In this document: piece after piece, positions 1 to 7,570 of the stretch
How positions within the stretch are numbered: position 1 is the stretch's first letter
How the letters are laid out: the number at the start of each line of letters is the position of its first letter
Source of the DNA: an uncultured Acidobacteriota bacterium
GTDB taxonomy: Bacteria > Acidobacteriota > Vicinamibacteria > Vicinamibacterales > CAVVIG01
Assembly: GCA_963761615.1 (NCBI GenBank)
Contig: CAVXGU010000004.1
Coordinates: forward strand, 607,537-671,536
Direction: 5' to 3'
Length of the DNA stretch: 64,000 nucleotides
Made by a program: the position numbers and the translations under genes
Notes under the pieces: model-generated
Told to the model about the DNA's origin: nothing
What the model saw: the letters and a program-made list of their open reading frames with translations, nothing else
Database searches by the model: none

Positions 1-179
1 ACGACAACACGGCAGGCAACCGGAACAACCCCGATCCGAACCAGTGGGTCGGCTACGGCAACCGGACGGTGGACGAGATGGGCCACGCCTGGGTGAACGT
101 GACCTACCTGAGCGATCAGGAGTACGCCGCCTGGTTGAAGAAGCACTCGAAGACTCCCAACCGGAGCCAGCAGCAGTAA
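1..179 (+). CDS. 3' end (window-truncated) of a secreted heme-c / PHM-like copper monooxygenase-family protein; tandem paralog of 478..1881
   Basis: Frame from nt 3 reads DNTAGNRNNPDPNQWVGYGNRTVDEMGHAWVNVTYLSDQEYAAWLKKHSKTPNRSQQQ, stop TAA 177-179. Manual alignment to 1703..1881 gives 13 mismatches in 179 nt. Confidence 0.85.
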   Translation, partial: DNTAGNRNNPDPNQWVGYGNRTVDEMGHAWVNVTYLSDQEYAAWLKKHSKTPNRSQQQ

Positions 180-196
180 GCCGTTCGGCACACCTT

Positions 197-230
197 GCGA
201 GGCGCCCGCCCACCGTGGCGGGTGCCTCGC
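197..230 (+). terminator. GC-rich hairpin after the truncated paralog (14-bp stem, 6-nt loop); no clear T-tract
   Basis: GCGAGGCGCCCGCC-caccgt-GGCGGGTGCCTCGC with one G-U wobble, 18 nt after the stop codon. Confidence 0.45.
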
Positions 231-345
231 CTCTGTCGCGGCCGACGCGTACTTGCGGTCGCCGCCCTCCGTTCGTAGACACACCGAGACAACTCGCCCG
301 ATCGGAACTCAGCCGCAGGTATTTTGTAAAAGTTGTCACGACGAC

Positions 346-374
346 TTGCGGCCGACGCCGCGCGGCGAGATACT
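346..374 (+). promoter_or_regulatory. Candidate sigma70-type promoter for 478..1881
   Basis: TTGCGG (346-351), 17-nt spacer, GATACT (369-374), beside the only AT-richer stretch of the 298-bp spacer. Confidence 0.3.
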
Positions 375-389
375 GACTCGTGCATACGA

Positions 390-447
390 TTGGAGCACAA
401 ACGGTTGGAGCACAAAGCGATATGTGCTACATTGTTTGAGCTCAAAC
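390..447 (+). promoter_or_regulatory. Operator-like repeats in the 5' leader of 478..1881
   Basis: Direct repeat TTGGAGCACAAA at 390-401 and 405-416 (15-bp period). Perfect 14-bp palindrome GTTTGAGCTCAAAC at 434-447, 30 nt upstream of ATG 478. Confidence 0.35.
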
Positions 448-477
448 TATGTTGGGGAACCCGGCAAGGAGGGTGAC

Positions 478-1881
478 ATGGAAGGTTCGAAGGGGACGGG
501 CTGGAGGGGCATGTGGCAGGCCGGCTTCGTGTCGGCAGCCGCGCTGTGCATGGCCGCGCCAGCCCTGGCGGCGGGCGCGCCGCCGACCGTGACGTTCACC
601 AAGGACGTCGCGCCGATTCTGCAGGCGAAGTGTCAGGACTGCCACCAGCCTGGATCCATCGCACCGATGTCGCTCATGACGTACGAGGAGACCCGTCCGT
701 GGGTCCGGGACATCCGTGAGCGGGTGTCGGAGCGCGAGATGCCGCCCTGGCACATCGACAAGTCGGTGGGCATCCAGAAGTTCAAGAACGACTTCTCGCT
801 GAGCGACGCGCAGATCGCGACGATCGTGAAGTGGGTGGACGAGGGCGCCCCGAAGGGCGACCCGGCCGACATGCCGCCGCCCAAGAAGATGCCGGATCCG
901 AACCAGTGGAAGGGCGTGATCGACGGCCTGGGCCAGCCCGACCTGGTCCTCACGTCGCCGTCGTGGACCGAGCCGCCGGTGCACCAGGACGTCTGGTGGC
1001 GGCCGGAGCAGCCGATTCCCATCACCGAGCCGCGCTGGGTGCGGGCGGTCGAGATCCGGCCCGCGACGACTCCCGGCCGGCGGATCTTCCATCACATCAT
1101 CGCCTACCGCGAGCTGAACGCGGACGAGGCCGACCAGGTGAACACGGGCACGGGCGGCGGGGGCCGGAACCTCGCACTGGTCGATGCCCTGGTCAACCGG
1201 CGCCCGCAGCTGATGGAGTGGGCGATCGGCAAGACCTACGACCTGTACCGCGCGGGCACCGGCAAGCGGATCGAACCGGGCGAGAAGATCTCGTGGGAGA
1301 TGCACATCCACGCCGTCGGCGAGCAGATCACGTCTGCCGCGCAGATTGCGATCTGGTTCTATCCGAAGGGCCAGGAGCCGAGCAAGGAGACCTATCTCGT
1401 CGGGTTCCAGGCGGTCGGCGACCGGACCCCGGGCAGCTCGGGTCTCGACATCCGGCCGAACAGCATCTCGATGTCCGAGGGCTTCACCACGCTCACGAAG
1501 AACGCGATTCTCGAGAACTTCCAGCCGCACATGCACCTGCGGGGGAAGGCGATGGAGCTCGAGGCCATCCTGCCGAACGGCCAGCACCAGGTCGTGAGCT
1601 TCGTGCGGAACTTCAACTTCAACTGGATGACGAACTACGTCTACGCCGACGATGCGGCGCCGGCGTTCCCGAAGGGGACGATCATCCACGTGACCGCCTG
1701 GTACGACAACACGGCGGGGAACCGGAACAACCCCGATCCGAACCAGTGGGTCGGCTACGGCAACCGGACGGTGGACGAGATGGGCCACGCGTGGGTGAAC
1801 GTGACGTATCTCACCGACCAGGAGTACGCCGCCTGGCTGAAGAAACACTCGAAGACTCCCAACCGGAGTCAGCAACAGTAG
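478..1881 (+). CDS. Secreted c-type heme (CxxCH) domain fused to a PHM/DBH-like type-2 copper monooxygenase-like core
   Basis: ATG 478 preceded by AAGGAGGG. Signal-peptide-like N-terminus (..AAALCMAAPALAAG). CQDCH at 631-645 followed by MPPWH. His/Met pattern HH (1090-1095), HIH (1303-1311), HMH (1528-1536), Met in VDEMGH (1780-1782). Stop TAG 1879-1881. Confidence 0.9.
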   Translation: MEGSKGTGWRGMWQAGFVSAAALCMAAPALAAGAPPTVTFTKDVAPILQAKCQDCHQPGSIAPMSLMTYEETRPWVRDIRERVSEREMPPWHIDKSVGIQKFKNDFSLSDAQIATIVKWVDEGAPKGDPADMPPPKKMPDPNQWKGVIDGLGQPDLVLTSPSWTEPPVHQDVWWRPEQPIPITEPRWVRAVEIRPATTPGRRIFHHIIAYRELNADEADQVNTGTGGGGRNLALVDALVNRRPQLMEWAIGKTYDLYRAGTGKRIEPGEKISWEMHIHAVGEQITSAAQIAIWFYPKGQEPSKETYLVGFQAVGDRTPGSSGLDIRPNSISMSEGFTTLTKNAILENFQPHMHLRGKAMELEAILPNGQHQVVSFVRNFNFNWMTNYVYADDAAPAFPKGTIIHVTAWYDNTAGNRNNPDPNQWVGYGNRTVDEMGHAWVNVTYLTDQEYAAWLKKHSKTPNRSQQQ

Positions 1882-1894
1882 TCCAACGACGCGC

Positions 1895-1931
1895 GGGGCG
1901 CCGTCCTGCAGGGCGGCGCCCCGCCCTTTTT
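1895..1931 (+). terminator. Intrinsic terminator between the monooxygenase-like gene and its partner gene
   Basis: GGGGCGCCGTCC-tgca-GGGCGGCGCCCC stem-loop (1895-1922) followed by GCCC and TTTTT (1927-1931). Confidence 0.7.
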
Positions 1932-1953
1932 CGCGCGAGCGGGAAGGCATCGC

Positions 1954-2850
1954 ATGAAGTCGGTGACGTGGGTACTCAGCGCAGCAGCAGTTTCGGCGAT
2001 GATGGTGGCGGCGGTGGCGGTGGTGGGCGCGCAGCAGTCGATCGTGTTGCCCGGTCAGCCGCATGCCGAGTTCGGTGACAGCATCACGCCCGCCTACGAG
2101 GGATGGTTCAACGCCCCCGATGGTTCGCAGAACTTCCTGTTCGGGTACTACAACCGCAACAGCAAACAGATCATCGACATTCCTGTCGGCCCGAACAACA
2201 ACGTCCAGCCCGGCGGGCCCGACCTCGGCCAGCCGACACACTTCCTGACCGGCCGCCAGTGGGGCCTCTTCGTCATCCCCGCGCCGAAGGGCTACACGCT
2301 GCAGGACAAGCCGTTCGTCTGGTCGATCACGGCCAACGGGAAGCAGATCCAGATCCCGACGGACTTCAAGCCGGAGTTCAACGTCGACGTGCTCAACGAC
2401 GCGGAACATAACACGCCGCCGGTGGTCAAGTTCGACATGAAGGGCCAGACGGTCCAGGGACCGATCAACACCTCGTTCGATGAGACGGCGACGGTCGGCA
2501 AGCCGATGGATCTTCCGATCTCGGCGACCGACGACAACATCTACACGAGCGGCAGCAATGCCCCGCGCTCGCGGCTCGGCGATCCCGTCCGGTTCAGATG
2601 GATTCTGTACCGCGGCCCCGCCGACCCGACCTTTGCGAAGTCGACGCCGAAGTTCATGCTCACGAGCGGCGGCGACACCATCGGCAAGCCAGTGTCCGGC
2701 AAGAGCGACACGACCGTCACCTTCCCGCAGGCAGGCGAGTACTGGCTGCAGCTGACCGCGAACGACTACTCGGGGCCCGGCGGCACCGGATCCGGGGCCG
2801 CGGGCTGCTGCTGGACCAACACGCTCGTGAAGGTCAAGGTCGCTCCGTAG
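1954..2850 (+). CDS. Secreted hypothetical protein, conserved partner of the heme/copper enzyme; C-terminal CCW motif
   Basis: ATG 1954 with GGGAAGG upstream. Signal peptide (..VAAVAVVGAQQ). No catalytic motif recognised. The second half looks PKD/Ig-like (GEYWLQLTANDYSG). Ends ..AAGCCWTNTLVKVKVAP. Paralog at 34832..35716. Confidence 0.85.
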   Translation: MKSVTWVLSAAAVSAMMVAAVAVVGAQQSIVLPGQPHAEFGDSITPAYEGWFNAPDGSQNFLFGYYNRNSKQIIDIPVGPNNNVQPGGPDLGQPTHFLTGRQWGLFVIPAPKGYTLQDKPFVWSITANGKQIQIPTDFKPEFNVDVLNDAEHNTPPVVKFDMKGQTVQGPINTSFDETATVGKPMDLPISATDDNIYTSGSNAPRSRLGDPVRFRWILYRGPADPTFAKSTPKFMLTSGGDTIGKPVSGKSDTTVTFPQAGEYWLQLTANDYSGPGGTGSGAAGCCWTNTLVKVKVAP

Positions 2851-2934
2851 CGCACCCCTCCAGGCCACCCGGTCGCGTCCCGCGCGGCCGGGCGGTTGTC
2901 TTCCGATCGCCGGTCGAATAGCATCGCGGGATCC

Positions 2935-4185
2935 GTGCTGTTCGACCAGCCCGCCTTCCTCTTCGTCTTCCTGCCGATCGTCCTGGCGGCCTTCTATCTC
3001 GCGCTGCTGGTGGAGCGATTGCCCAGGCGGTGGTTCGGCTGGGCGTCGGAGGCGAGCACCTGGGTGCTGGTCGGCGCCGGCGCGTACTTCGTCTGGGCGG
3101 GCGGTCAGGCGTTCCTCGCGCTCCCGGGGTCGGCGCCGGCGTTCGCGCCGGCCGGGGCCCTCGTGCTCTTCTGCCTCGTCGTCTCGTCGCTCGTCGATTC
3201 CTCACGCGGCGAGGCCACCTTCGACCGCTCGATCGACGTCACGCTGTACGTCCTGCAGTTCCCGTTGCTGGTCGCCGGGCCGATCATCCGCTTCAAGGAC
3301 TTCGCGTCGCAGCGCGCCCGGCGCGCCGTCGGCATGGGGCCCTTCACCTACGGCGTCCGGCGCGTCGTCACCGGACTGGTGAAGGCGGTCCTGGTGGGCG
3401 GGACGCTGGCGGCGCCGGCCAACGCGATCTTCGCGCAGCCGTCGTGGCAGCTCACGACCGATGCCGCGTGGCTCGGCGCCGCGTGCTACGGACTGCAGAT
3501 CTACTTCCAGTTCTCGGGCTACTCGGACGTGGCCATCGGGCTCGGGCGGATGCTGGGCTTCCGCTATCCGGAGAACTTCCGCCGCCCCTATACCGCGGCG
3601 TCGATGCGGGACTTCTGGCGCCACTGGAACGTCACGCTCGTCCAGTGGCTGCGCGACTATCTCTATCTGCCGATCGCCGGACGCGACAACCCGACGCCGC
3701 GCCTCTATCTCAACATGGTCGTCGGGTTCTGTCTCATGGGCCTCTGGCACGGCGGCCGGTGGACCGTCGTGGCCTGGGCGGTCTACTCGAGCCTGTGGCT
3801 GGCGCTCGAGGCGATCGGCCTCGGCGATCGGATCGACCGCCTGCCGGTCGCCCTGCGGCACCTCTACGTGCTGTTCGTCGTCGGCGTGGGCTGGGTGATT
3901 CTGCGGCCCGGCGTCGAGGCAGGCACGCTGCGCTACCTCGCGATCATGGCGGGGGCCCAGGGCCGCGATTTTACGGCGCTCGGCTACATGACCCTGTGGC
4001 GCTGGGCGGCGCTCGCCACGGCGGTCCTGTTCGCCGGGCCGCTCGTGCCCTGGATCAGCCGCTGGAGGGTGAGCGTGGATGCCGCGACGACGTCGCTCCT
4101 GATGATGATGACGGCGATGGGGGTCCTGGCCTGGAAGAGCGGGACCGACTTCGTCGACTCGATTCGCCATCACGACCGGGCCTAG
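2935..4185 (+). CDS. MBOAT family O-acyltransferase (AlgI/DltB-like)
   Basis: Polytopic membrane protein with the typical N-terminus VLFDQPAFLFVFLPIV and a conserved His context GLWHGG. GTG 2935 is preferred; TTG 2896 is the longest in-frame start. Confidence 0.8.
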   Translation: MLFDQPAFLFVFLPIVLAAFYLALLVERLPRRWFGWASEASTWVLVGAGAYFVWAGGQAFLALPGSAPAFAPAGALVLFCLVVSSLVDSSRGEATFDRSIDVTLYVLQFPLLVAGPIIRFKDFASQRARRAVGMGPFTYGVRRVVTGLVKAVLVGGTLAAPANAIFAQPSWQLTTDAAWLGAACYGLQIYFQFSGYSDVAIGLGRMLGFRYPENFRRPYTAASMRDFWRHWNVTLVQWLRDYLYLPIAGRDNPTPRLYLNMVVGFCLMGLWHGGRWTVVAWAVYSSLWLALEAIGLGDRIDRLPVALRHLYVLFVVGVGWVILRPGVEAGTLRYLAIMAGAQGRDFTALGYMTLWRWAALATAVLFAGPLVPWISRWRVSVDAATTSLLMMMTAMGVLAWKSGTDFVDSIRHHDRA

Positions 4186-4245
4186 CACCGCCCCGGGGGC
4201 CGGGTGCTACCATCGGGTCGTCAGGGTCTGGAGGACGCGGAGGCG

Positions 4246-4848
4246 ATGGCTCGAATCAGGCTGGCCCGCGAGGCGGACGCGGGCGCGATCGCGGCGATCT
4301 ACGCGCCGTTCGTCGAGGACACGGCGACCTCGTTCGAGACGCTCCCGCCGGCCCGCGAGGAGATGGTGCGACGGATCGCGGCGACCACGGCCGGCTACCC
4401 GTGGCTCGTGTGCGAGATTGGCGACGGCATCGCCGGGTACGCCTACGCCACGCAGCATCGGGGTCGGGCGGCCTATCGATGGTCGGTCGACACGTCGGTG
4501 TACATCGACCCCGCCCACCATCGCCGCGGCGTGGGCCGCGGCCTGTACGCGTCGCTCTTCGAGATCCTGCGGGCGCAAGGCTTCGTGAACGCCTACGCCG
4601 GAATCACGCTGCCCAATCCAGGCAGCGTCGCCTTGCACGAGGCGGTCGGCTTCACGAAGGTCGGCGTCTACGAACGGGTGGGCTACAAGCGCGGCACGTG
4701 GCACGACGTCGGCTGGTGGCATCTCGCCCTCGGCGTGCACGGCGCCGCGCCCGGCGAGCCGGTCCCGCTGGCCGGCGTCGTGGACGGTCCGGACTGGGAG
4801 GTCCTGGTCGCCAGCGGCGCGGCGCTCGTCCGGGCGGAGATCGGTTGA
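4246..4848 (+). CDS. GNAT family N-acetyltransferase (phosphinothricin/amino-acid acetyltransferase-like)
   Basis: ATG 4246 after GGAGG. IRLAREADAGAIAAIY.., HRRGVGRGLYASL (acetyl-CoA binding loop), ..GFTKVGVYERVGYKRGTWHDVGWW. Confidence 0.85.
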   Translation: MARIRLAREADAGAIAAIYAPFVEDTATSFETLPPAREEMVRRIAATTAGYPWLVCEIGDGIAGYAYATQHRGRAAYRWSVDTSVYIDPAHHRRGVGRGLYASLFEILRAQGFVNAYAGITLPNPGSVALHEAVGFTKVGVYERVGYKRGTWHDVGWWHLALGVHGAAPGEPVPLAGVVDGPDWEVLVASGAALVRAEIG

Positions 4849-4939
4849 GCCAGTCGAATCGTCTCCCTGTGCGCGACGTCGATCGGCCCGGCGGCGACGT
4901 TCACGTGGGTTGCCGACTGGCCGCCGGGGAGGCCTGACC

Positions 4940-5682
4940 GTGACCGGACATATCGTGGCGCTCGGCGGAGGCGGGTTCTCGATGGAGCCCGACAACCCGC
5001 TCCTCGACGACTTCATCCTGTCCCTCGCCCGCCGGCAGCCGGCGCGCGTGTGCTTCATTCCGACCGCAAGCGCCGATTCGGCCCAGTACATCGTCAAGTT
5101 CTACCGCGCGTTCGCCGGCCGCTCGGTACCGGCAGACTTGACGTTTTTCGAATCCGACGAGCCTGCCGCGCAGGCCGTCCACGACCGCCGGCCTCGCGGC
5201 GTTCGTCCGTGAACAGGACGTCTTCTACGTGGGCGGCGGCAATACGGCCAACCTGCTCGCGATGTGGCGCGTCCACGGCCTCGACGTGCTCCTGCGTCGG
5301 GCCTGGCGTTCCGGCGCGGTCCTGTGCGGCGTCAGCGCCGGCATGCTGTGCTGGTTCGAGGGAGGCGTGACGGACTCCTTCGGCGATCTGCAGTACTCTG
5401 CGGGACGGATTGGGGCTCCTGCGCGGGACGGCCTGCCCGCACTACGACGGGGAACCCGGCCGACGCCCCGCGTACCACGAGATCGTGGCCGCAGGGGCGC
5501 CGGCCGGCTATGCAGTCGACGACGGCGCGGCGCTGCACTTCGAAGGCTCGCGCTTCAGGGAAGCGGTCAGCTCGCGTCCGACAGCCGACGCCTATCGCGT
5601 CGCTCGCCGCCGGGGACAGGTCGCGGAGACGTCGCTGCAGGCCCGGTACCTCGGCGCCGGCCGGCGCCCGCGTCGCGTCTGA
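4940..5682 (+). pseudogene. Peptidase E / S51 family dipeptidase gene broken by two frameshifts
   Basis: Homology runs through three frames. Frame of 4940: HIVALGGGGFSMEPDNPLLDDFILSLA..VCFIPTASADS. Frame of 5229: AFVREQDVFYVGGGNTANLLAMWRVHGLD..CGVSAGMLCWFEGGVTDSFGD. Frame of 5410: LRDGLGLLRGTACPHYDGEPGRRPAYHEIV..DDGAALHF. Shifts lie near 5145-5190 (T5 run at 5144-5148) and 5388-5400. Confidence 0.65.
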
Positions 5683-5689
5683 GCGGGTG

Positions 5690-6403
5690 ATGTCGATCGC
5701 GGCCCGTCGCACGCGAATCGAGGGCGTCCTGTTCGACCTCGATCAGACGCTGACCGACCGGCTCGCGTCCATCCGCGAGTACGCCGGCCGGTTTCACTTG
5801 CGCTTCGGCGACCGGCTGGACGATGCCAGTCCGGCGGAAATCGCCCGGACGATCGACGCGTTCGACGCTCTGGGCTACGCGCCGCGCCAGGACGTCTTCG
5901 ACGCCCTCAGGCAGCTGCCGGGCTGGCGCCCCGCCCCCGACCCGGCGGAGATCCGCGAGCACTACCTGGCGGTCTTCCCGTCCTGCACGGTCGGATGCCA
6001 CGGACTGGTCGAGGTGCTCGACGCGCTCGCCGGGCGCGGCTATCGCATGGGTATCGTGACGAACGGCAGCGTCCGGTCGCAGCGGGCGAAGATCGAGACG
6101 CTCGGGGTCGGACCGTACTTCTCGACCGTGGTCATCAGCGAGGCCGTGGGCCTGTCGAAGCCGGACGCGCGGATCTTCCATCTGGCCGCGCGCAACGCCG
6201 GCGTCGAGCCCCAGGCCTGCGTCTTCGTCGGAGACCATCCACGCGGCGACGTGATCGGCGCCCGCGACGCCGGGCTCACCGCGGTCTGGCGGGAAGGCGT
6301 GCACCCGTGGCCGCTGGACGTGCCGCCTCCCGAACGGCAGGTCCGCGCGCTCGCGGAGCTGCTGGATCTCCCCGAGCTCGGCGACGGCCCCCCTCGAACC
6401 TGA
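5690..6403 (+). CDS. HAD family hydrolase
   Basis: ATG 5690. Motif I VLFDLDQTLTD, motif II GIVTNGS, motif III/IV K-P...VFVGDHPRGDVIGA. Confidence 0.85.
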   Translation: MSIAARRTRIEGVLFDLDQTLTDRLASIREYAGRFHLRFGDRLDDASPAEIARTIDAFDALGYAPRQDVFDALRQLPGWRPAPDPAEIREHYLAVFPSCTVGCHGLVEVLDALAGRGYRMGIVTNGSVRSQRAKIETLGVGPYFSTVVISEAVGLSKPDARIFHLAARNAGVEPQACVFVGDHPRGDVIGARDAGLTAVWREGVHPWPLDVPPPERQVRALAELLDLPELGDGPPRT

Positions 6404-6427
6404 CGCGGCGGACACCGACGGGCAGGA

Positions 6428-6550
6428 GCGCCCTACAGTGTGTTCGAGATCGATGTCGCGCCGAGATCGGTGCAGCCGCGGACCGTCAGGTCCGCCAATG
6501 CGAAGCCGACCTGAAGGTCGGCCGCTACAGCGAAAACGAAGACCGCTCTA
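6428..6550 (-). repeat. REP-like intergenic element, copy 1 (two hairpins plus two 17-nt units); inverted relative to copy 2
   Basis: Hairpins GCGGACC-gtca-GGTCCGC (6478-6495) and GCCGACC-tgaa-GGTCGGC (6505-6522). The reverse complement is about 90% identical by eye to 16766..16925. The element ends on the TAG stop (6550-6548) of the ATPase gene. Confidence 0.8.
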
Positions 6551-7570
6551 GACAGCCTCGATGTCCGGCTGCTCGGCACTGATGCGACTGCAGGCAGCCC
6601 AGTGATCCGGCTGGATCTCGACGAGCGCCGGCTCCGACTGCGCGCACGCCTCGATGGCGTACGGGCACCGCGTGTGGAAGCGGCAGCCTGACGGCGGATC
6701 GATCGGGGAGGGGACGTCTCCCTGCAGCACGATGCGACGGCGGCGCGCCTCGGCGTCGGGATCGGGCAGCGGCACGGCCGAGATGAGCGCCTTCGTATAC
6801 GGCATGAGCGGCCGGTCGTAGATCTCCGTTGCCCCCGCCACCTCGACGATCTTCCCCAGATACATCACCGCGACCCGGTCCGACGTATGGCGGATCGCGC
6901 GCAGGTCGTGCGAGATGAAGAGGAAGGTCAGGGTGCGCTCGCGGCGGAGGCGCTCGATCAGGTTGAGGATTTGCGCCTGGATCGACACGTCGAGCGCCGA
7001 GATCGGCTCGTCGGCCACGATGAAGTCGGGCTCGGTGGCCAGGGCGCGCGCGATGCCGATGCGCTGCTGCTGCCCGCCGGAGAACTCGTGCGGATAGCGA
7101 TTGATGAACCGCTCGCTCAGGCCGACGACGGCCATCAGCTCCCGGACGCGGTCTCGGCACGCCAGGCCAGCGGCCAGGCGGAAGGTCTCGATGGGCTCGG
7201 CGATGATCTCGCCGACGGTCATCCGCGGGTCGAGGGAGGCGTACGGGTCCTGGAAGATCATCTGCATGTGGCGGCGCTCGCGGCGCAGCCGCGCGGCCGG
7301 AAGCGCCGTGATCTCCGTGCCGCGGAACGTGACCCGGCCGCCGGTGGGCTCCACCAGCCGCAGGATCGCGCGGCCCAGCGTCGTCTTGCCGCAGCCGCTC
7401 TCCCCGACGAGGCCGAGCGTCTCGCCCGGGCGGATGTCGAACGACACCCCGTCGACGCTCCGCACGACCTGTGGCACGGGACTGCCGCCCGTGAGGCGAT
7501 CGAGGAGGGTGCCGCCCCCGATGGGAAAGTGGACCTGCAGGTCCTGCACCGAGACGAGGGGAGTCGTCAC
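6548..7570 (-). CDS. Oligopeptide/dipeptide ABC transporter ATP-binding protein (OppF/DppF type)
   Basis: Walker A GESGCGKT, signature FSGGQQQR, Walker B FIVADEP, C-terminal oligopeptide domain ([12 protein letters not shown]). GTG 7570 overlaps the upstream stop (GTGA). Confidence 0.9.
   Translation of the reverse strand: MTTPLVSVQDLQVHFPIGGGTLLDRLTGGSPVPQVVRSVDGVSFDIRPGETLGLVGESGCGKTTLGRAILRLVEPTGGRVTFRGTEITALPAARLRRERRHMQMIFQDPYASLDPRMTVGEIIAEPIETFRLAAGLACRDRVRELMAVVGLSERFINRYPHEFSGGQQQRIGIARALATEPDFIVADEPISALDVSIQAQILNLIERLRRERTLTFLFISHDLRAIRHTSDRVAVMYLGKIVEVAGATEIYDRPLMPYTKALISAVPLPDPDAEARRRRIVLQGDVPSPIDPPSGCRFHTRCPYAIEACAQSEPALVEIQPDHWAACSRISAEQPDIEAV

Noticed and set aside
390-416. 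Sigma-54 promoter (TGGCAC-N5-TTGC) in the TTGGAGCACAAACGGTTGGAGCAC repeat
   Set aside because: The GG and GC dinucleotides are not at the required 10-nt spacing (GG at 392-393 would need GC at 404-405, where the sequence is GT). No enhancer-binding-protein gene is nearby.
442-2868. 808-aa ORF on the minus strand covering the first enzyme and partner genes
   Set aside because: It is antisense to two well-supported genes. Its translation is Arg/Gly/Pro/Asp-rich low-complexity sequence with no motif. This is the usual stop-codon-free antisense frame of a GC3-rich genome.
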